64,000 nt of DNA, taken from IMG/VR virus record IMGVR_UViG_3300033273_000392, positions 85,353 to 149,352 of that record; one strand, given 5' to 3'. The translations under genes and the position numbers were made by a program. The stretch is from a virus. Each line of letters opens with the position of its first letter. Positions within the stretch are counted from its first letter, which is position 1. The notes beneath the pieces were generated by a model, which made no database searches, had not been told where the DNA came from, and saw only the letters and a program-made list of their open reading frames with translations. Below, one piece after another: positions 59,025 through 64,000 of the stretch.

Positions 59025-61586
59025 TTAATCTATGTCTTTAACGCAACGAACTGACATTGCAACATTCTTACTTCCGGAAGTAGAGTTTAGCATATATTCT
59101 CTATTAACCGCCAAGTCAAGCCATTCAACTCTAGTAGATGTTGTTGGGTTTTCACTTGAGCTTTCAACAGGATACCAGCGATATGGTGTTTCTATTCTTC
59201 TAAAGTATACATTATTTGTTTTATAACCATCTAACTTAGTAACGTATTCGTCAGTAGTCCATATAAACTCCTGTTGGGCATGTTTACGGGGATAGCCATA
59301 TTGATCTACATAACCAGATGGCAATGGATAAGGTAGGGTTTCAATTTCTCCAGTATAATAGTCTACTGCTGTATTAAAAAAGCCTAATTCATTAATAAGA
59401 GTAAACGCTGGAGTTACATTATTTTTTCTTAAAGGGCGTATTATTTCATTTTCTTGATATCCTATTGCTATTTCTAGATCTATCCAATCTTCGTCAGTTG
59501 AAACATGCCACCCAGATGGACATATTCCCCGATCATCTGTTACAGCGTACCAATTATAAACGTTTGATCTTATAAAATCAATATTTTGCCATACGAATGA
59601 AGGAAATGGCTCTTCTGCGTTATTTCCCATATTAGTAGGCCTCGTTCTAATGGGTTCCCCGTCTTCCGTTTTAGAAACAAAAGTACTTCTAGTAGAAGTA
59701 AATGGTATACTAGAACCGTCAGCAAACTTGTCTACTCTTGAATTTGCACCAGCCCAACATCTATTACCAATAGCTATAACCGGAGCCTTTGCGGTTGAGT
59801 AAGTATCATTTATAATTCCATCTATTTCAGATAAAGTACCACATGGGTCTTCATTATCACAGATACCATTACCGTTAGTATCAACATTTCCATTTATAGC
59901 TATACATCCATCAATATCATCACATACTCCATCAGAATCAACATCCTGTAAGCAACTACCCCCACAGACTCCAACTACGTCAAAGTATTTACAATTAGTA
60001 GGATCGTAATCAGATAACGCAGCTTCATTATAGTTACATGCTGAGGGATCCCCACACAGTAGTTCAGGCGCTAAATTTTCAATTCCACGCAAAGTATGCG
60101 GATTTCTATCTGATATTTCTAAAAAAGCCCTCATTCTTTCTATTTGACCCGGAGTAAAGTTTTCGTGCGTACATCCATTAGTATAGTCCATTATATTAAA
60201 ATGTTCAGTTGGAATAAGTTCTGAATGAATATTGCAATGACTATCTGTTTCACCAGAATAGCAGTTATCGCCATCCTTTTTAGTTGGATAAGTGTCACAT
60301 ACAAAGTCACCAGTAATTTGACATGTTTCTTCACTTTGAAATCTAGATAAAGCAACATCACAGTCTGAAGTTGAATTCCAAGTATGCTGAAGTCCAAAAA
60401 AGTGGCCGGCTTCATGAGGTACTGTTGCTGAATACGAAGAGTATGTACTTGATTTAATAAAACATCTAAATCCAGTATTTGGTAAAGATGCAAATCCTTG
60501 AATACTACCAATACATCCAAACATTACGTTTATGTTTAGATATTCATCTGGCTCATAGCCAAATAAATTTAGAAGAGATTGACCATAGGATACTGTACTC
60601 ATACAACTTTTTGAAGACCAAACTACCACATTATGCCCTAGATAAGTAGGACTACTACCAATGTATGGAAACCAAATCTCAGTGGTCTGGCCCGCATAAT
60701 CATTTTCAAATGAGTAATATGGATCAGGATCATTAGGCGTGCAACTATTAGTAAAATCTGCAATTTGATCTGCATAGTTTTCTAAATTAAAAACTCTAAA
60801 AAACTGAAATCCAGGTACATTATTAATGTCTCTTATTGCTGGTATAAAATTAATTTTTGCAGTATTTTGTTGAAATCCGGATATTGGGGTTTGTCCATTT
60901 AAAGTATATCCATAAGAAGAATTATAAGTTTCATTTAACTTGTCTATAATCCATAATGCATGTTCTTCAGAATAGACATTAAGTCCAGAAGCTGAACTAA
61001 TAGAATTATCATGCGGATTAGGAGGTAATAGTAAGTTTATAACAACTGGTATATAGTATTCTTCTCCCTCTTGACTCTGCCTAGCAGAAGAATTCTTTTT
61101 TTTAGATTTTAAAATTCTATTTACTTCTAGGTTAATATTCATAATATCACCTATTTCCCTATCATTAAAAAAATCAGACTGTTCAATACCACACTCTATA
61201 GAAGAAGAAACGTATATAGTTCCTATCATACTATCGTGTATTTCACACTCATAGTACATATTATCAGGAGCATCTATGGGAACGTCAAATACAATAGTAC
61301 CAGTCCCTGTTGAACTATTATAATTAGAAGCGTCAACTCCTAAAGTATACTCAGTATATCCATACCCTGGAACTAGTGACGAAATTCTAAACGGATGTTC
61401 AGGTGCTGATATGTTAAAGGTATATGATTCGCCTCTATTTAAAGTTATATCGGGGCTTCCTCCCTCTCCATTTATGACATATTTTCCAGACTGAGAAGTA
61501 ACTGAAAAAACATCACGTTGTGAATATGTGATATTACCTAATAATACCAGAATAGAAGTAAGTATAAATAGTAAAAAAGCCCTCAT
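59025..61586 (-). CDS. Secreted cupredoxin-like + M43 metalloprotease + FISUMP protein
   Basis: HPF...YYECEIHDSM; HEAGHFFGLQHT; NIMDY; CPSGWHV; VRCVKD. Confidence 0.88.
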   Translation of the reverse strand: MRAFLLFILTSILVLLGNITYSQRDVFSVTSQSGKYVINGEGGSPDITLNRGESYTFNISAPEHPFRISSLVPGYGYTEYTLGVDASNYNSSTGTGTIVFDVPIDAPDNMYYECEIHDSMIGTIYVSSSIECGIEQSDFFNDREIGDIMNINLEVNRILKSKKKNSSARQSQEGEEYYIPVVINLLLPPNPHDNSISSASGLNVYSEEHALWIIDKLNETYNSSYGYTLNGQTPISGFQQNTAKINFIPAIRDINNVPGFQFFRVFNLENYADQIADFTNSCTPNDPDPYYSFENDYAGQTTEIWFPYIGSSPTYLGHNVVVWSSKSCMSTVSYGQSLLNLFGYEPDEYLNINVMFGCIGSIQGFASLPNTGFRCFIKSSTYSSYSATVPHEAGHFFGLQHTWNSTSDCDVALSRFQSEETCQITGDFVCDTYPTKKDGDNCYSGETDSHCNIHSELIPTEHFNIMDYTNGCTHENFTPGQIERMRAFLEISDRNPHTLRGIENLAPELLCGDPSACNYNEAALSDYDPTNCKYFDVVGVCGGSCLQDVDSDGVCDDIDGCIAINGNVDTNGNGICDNEDPCGTLSEIDGIINDTYSTAKAPVIAIGNRCWAGANSRVDKFADGSSIPFTSTRSTFVSKTEDGEPIRTRPTNMGNNAEEPFPSFVWQNIDFIRSNVYNWYAVTDDRGICPSGWHVSTDEDWIDLEIAIGYQENEIIRPLRKNNVTPAFTLINELGFFNTAVDYYTGEIETLPYPLPSGYVDQYGYPRKHAQQEFIWTTDEYVTKLDGYKTNNVYFRRIETPYRWYPVESSSENPTTSTRVEWLDLAVNREYMLNSTSGSKNVAMSVRCVKDID

Positions 61587-61630
61587 TATAAACCAATTTG
61601 TTTGGTTTATTTATCTTAGTCAGAATGGAA

Positions 61631-63850
61631 TTAGTTTACGTCTTTTACGCAGCGAATTGACATAGCAGCATATTTACTTCCGGAAGTAGAGTTTAGTCTA
61701 TATTCACGGTTTACTGATATGTCTCTCCATTCTTCTGGAAGAGCAAGATTTGCGTTTTCTACTTGCCCAAAAAATGAGTCAGTTGGATTCCACCTTACTG
61801 GAGATTCCAGCCTTCTAAAGTATACATTATCACCGCCTCCGTCACGTTCTTTAGTAGTCCATATAAACTCTTCCATAGCATGCCTCCGTGGAATCCCATA
61901 TTTATCAACAAACCCAGCAGGCCATGGCCAGATATCTTCAAATACCTCATCCGTAAAATAGTCTACTGTAACATTTGAAAATTTAATCTCATTCATTAGT
62001 TTATCCGCCGGTACGACATTTCCGCCTCTTAAAGGACGTATGATTTCGTTTTCTTGATATCCTATTGCTCTTTCTAAATCTATCCAATCTTCGTCAGTTG
62101 AAACATGCCAGCCGGCTGGACATATACCTCTAGGATCTGTCACAACATACCAATTGTAAAGTTTTTTTTTAAAAAAGTCAGAAGTTGCATATACAAAGGA
62201 AGGATAGGGTTCACCTGTATTATCTGCTAAATCAGTAGGCCGTACTTGAACAGGATTTTCCGTTTCTGTAAATTGCATGTATTCTTTACGATCTTGTGCT
62301 GAGGGTATGTACTCTCCATTTCTATATCGATCTACTCTTGAATTCATGCTAGACCAACATCTATTTCCAATAGGAATAACAGGAACTGGAGCAGAAATAG
62401 CATCATTATTAAAAATTCCATCTATTTCAGATAAACTTCCACATGGGTCGATATTATCACATATACCATTTCCGTTTAAATCTACATTTCCGTTTATAGC
62501 TATACACCCATCTATATCATCACATATGCCATCTGAATCAAGGTCTTCAGCGCACGTTCCGCCGCATATACCAAGGGCATCAAGATATCTACAGTTAGCT
62601 GGGTCATAATTAGAACCAACATCTGAGTTATAGTTACACGCATTAGGATCACCGCATGCTTCAGCTAAAAACTGTAAAAGTCCACGTTGAGCTATTATAC
62701 TTCTGTCAGATGCTTCTAACATAGTTCTCATTCTTTCCATTTGACCTGGACTAAAGCTTTCGTTTACACATCCTTGTGTATAATCCATTATATTCCAGTG
62801 TTCAGTTGGTAAAAGCTCTTCATATACATTACAATGAAGTGAAGCAGATGTTGAATAGCAGCTATGGTTGTCTCCTCTGGTTGGATATGTATCACAGACC
62901 CTATCCCCTGAAACTTCACATGCCCCATCATTTTGAAATTCAAGAAGGGCAGATGTACAATTATCATACGTCCATGAATGATATAGACCCAACCAGTGTC
63001 CTACTTCATGTGGAACAGTTGGCTTATACTCCTTATATGTGTCTTGCCTCAGATAGCACCTATTTCCGTAACCTGGTAAAGATGCGAAGCCGGCGACAGT
63101 ACCAATGACCCCAAACATTACGTTTATGTTTAGATAGTCATTAGGATAATAAGCAAGCGTGTTGGTTAAAGCTACTGTGGAGTTTATCGTTGACATGCAG
63201 CTATAAGAATTCCAAACTACTACATTATACCCTTGCAAACCTGCTGATGAACCAATATATGGAAACCAAATCTCAGTAGTCTGTCCAGCATAATCATTTT
63301 CAAAATCATAATATGGATTAGAATTATTAGGAGTGCAACTATTAGTAAAATCTGGACTTTGATCTGCTTCTAGATTAATAACCCTAAAGAAATCAAATCC
63401 AGGATTACCATCAATGTCTAACGTTGCTGGAATAAAGTTAATTCTTGCAGTGTCATCTTGAAATCCAATTTGTTCATTACCCTCGGTATAAACACCATAC
63501 GTCGTATTATAAGTTTCATTTAACTTGTCTATAACCCACAATGCGTGTTCCCTTGAATACGTATCATAGCCTGATGCATTACTAACACCTTCAGTTCTGA
63601 CATTTGGTGGTATAAATAGGTTAACTACAACCGGTAAATAGTATTCTTGCTCTACTGCCGTCCTAGATCCAGCTCTTTTAGCATTAATAATATTTCTAAC
63701 GGCTATATCAATATCCCTCTGTGCTGCAAGTTGCTCTTGTGTAACAAAATTAGGATCATCTATGCCGCATTCTTCAACTTCCTGTGAGTATATGATATTA
63801 CCTAATAATAGTAGAATAGAAGTAAGCGTAAATAGTAAAAAAGCCCTCAT
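61631..63850 (-). CDS. Secreted M43 metalloprotease + FISUMP protein
   Basis: HEVGHWLGLYHS; NIMDY; FSPGQ..RM; CPAGWHV; IRCVKD. Confidence 0.88.
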   Translation of the reverse strand: MRAFLLFTLTSILLLLGNIIYSQEVEECGIDDPNFVTQEQLAAQRDIDIAVRNIINAKRAGSRTAVEQEYYLPVVVNLFIPPNVRTEGVSNASGYDTYSREHALWVIDKLNETYNTTYGVYTEGNEQIGFQDDTARINFIPATLDIDGNPGFDFFRVINLEADQSPDFTNSCTPNNSNPYYDFENDYAGQTTEIWFPYIGSSAGLQGYNVVVWNSYSCMSTINSTVALTNTLAYYPNDYLNINVMFGVIGTVAGFASLPGYGNRCYLRQDTYKEYKPTVPHEVGHWLGLYHSWTYDNCTSALLEFQNDGACEVSGDRVCDTYPTRGDNHSCYSTSASLHCNVYEELLPTEHWNIMDYTQGCVNESFSPGQMERMRTMLEASDRSIIAQRGLLQFLAEACGDPNACNYNSDVGSNYDPANCRYLDALGICGGTCAEDLDSDGICDDIDGCIAINGNVDLNGNGICDNIDPCGSLSEIDGIFNNDAISAPVPVIPIGNRCWSSMNSRVDRYRNGEYIPSAQDRKEYMQFTETENPVQVRPTDLADNTGEPYPSFVYATSDFFKKKLYNWYVVTDPRGICPAGWHVSTDEDWIDLERAIGYQENEIIRPLRGGNVVPADKLMNEIKFSNVTVDYFTDEVFEDIWPWPAGFVDKYGIPRRHAMEEFIWTTKERDGGGDNVYFRRLESPVRWNPTDSFFGQVENANLALPEEWRDISVNREYRLNSTSGSKYAAMSIRCVKDVN

Positions 63851-63879
63851 TGTAAATCTATTTGTTTGATTTATGTATC

Positions 63880-64000
63880 TTAGTTAGTACCGTACAATGC
63901 CTGGCCATGATTTGCCATATCACTAAAGTAGAGTTGTATAATAGCATGCATTCTGTCTATTTGTCCGTCAGTAAATGCTGAGTTTTGACAACTAGTATGA
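63880..64000 (-). CDS. C-terminal end of a fourth M43-type protease (partial)
   Basis: Manual translation HTSCQNSAFTDGQIDRMHAII...GTN*; FTxGQxxRM motif. Confidence 0.65.
   Translation of the reverse strand, partial: HTSCQNSAFTDGQIDRMHAIIQLYFSDMANHGQALYGTN

Noticed and set aside
1-64000. Stop-codon reassignment as in some large phages
   Set aside because: Conserved genes are full length in the standard code, and TAA, TAG and TGA all end genes
1-64000. tRNA, rRNA, integrase or transposase genes
   Set aside because: None recognised by eye; the hairpins found fit terminators. tRNAscan/Infernal not run
1-64000. Bacterial chromosome or eukaryotic giant virus origin (dnaK, clpP, rpsU, PLOD-like gene)
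   Set aside because: Baseplate-like gene, T4-like late motif, dense single-strand operons, intrinsic terminators and Bacteroidota-type genes fit a large bacteriophage better

Overview
A gene-dense, AT-rich, almost entirely minus-strand segment of a large (jumbo/huge-type, T4-like) tailed phage that most likely infects a Bacteroidota (Flavobacteriales-like) host. Host evidence: Bacteroidota-type DnaK and bS21, a T9SS PorP/SprF homologue, FISUMP proteins, TTG-N21-TATATT promoters and no obvious Shine-Dalgarno motifs. It encodes baseplate-like proteins, nucleotide/DNA enzymes (DinG helicase, dCMP deaminase, UvsE, RNase HII, PhoH, ThyA and a second dCMP-type TS homologue) and a proteostasis set (DnaK, DnaJ-like, ClpP, N-domain-less ClpC, four UVR mini-proteins). 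Two candidate systems stand out. (1) A collagen-fibre locus that ends in a COLGALT1-like GT25 domain fused to a PLOD-type lysyl hydroxylase, i.e. animal-style collagen hydroxylysine glycosylation in a phage. (2) About a dozen otherwise dissimilar proteins, five of them ADP-ribosyltransferase-like, that share a tag MK[YH][IL]KxF/YEx-F[LV]NE resembling the T4 capsid-targeting sequence, suggesting head-packaged, injected effectors. Three promoter classes can be read from the DNA, many late genes appear leaderless, a small structured late RNA is predicted, and a tandem of four M43 proteases (three complete, secreted M43-FISUMP) precedes porP/sprF. All calls come from manual motif recognition; no database search was run.
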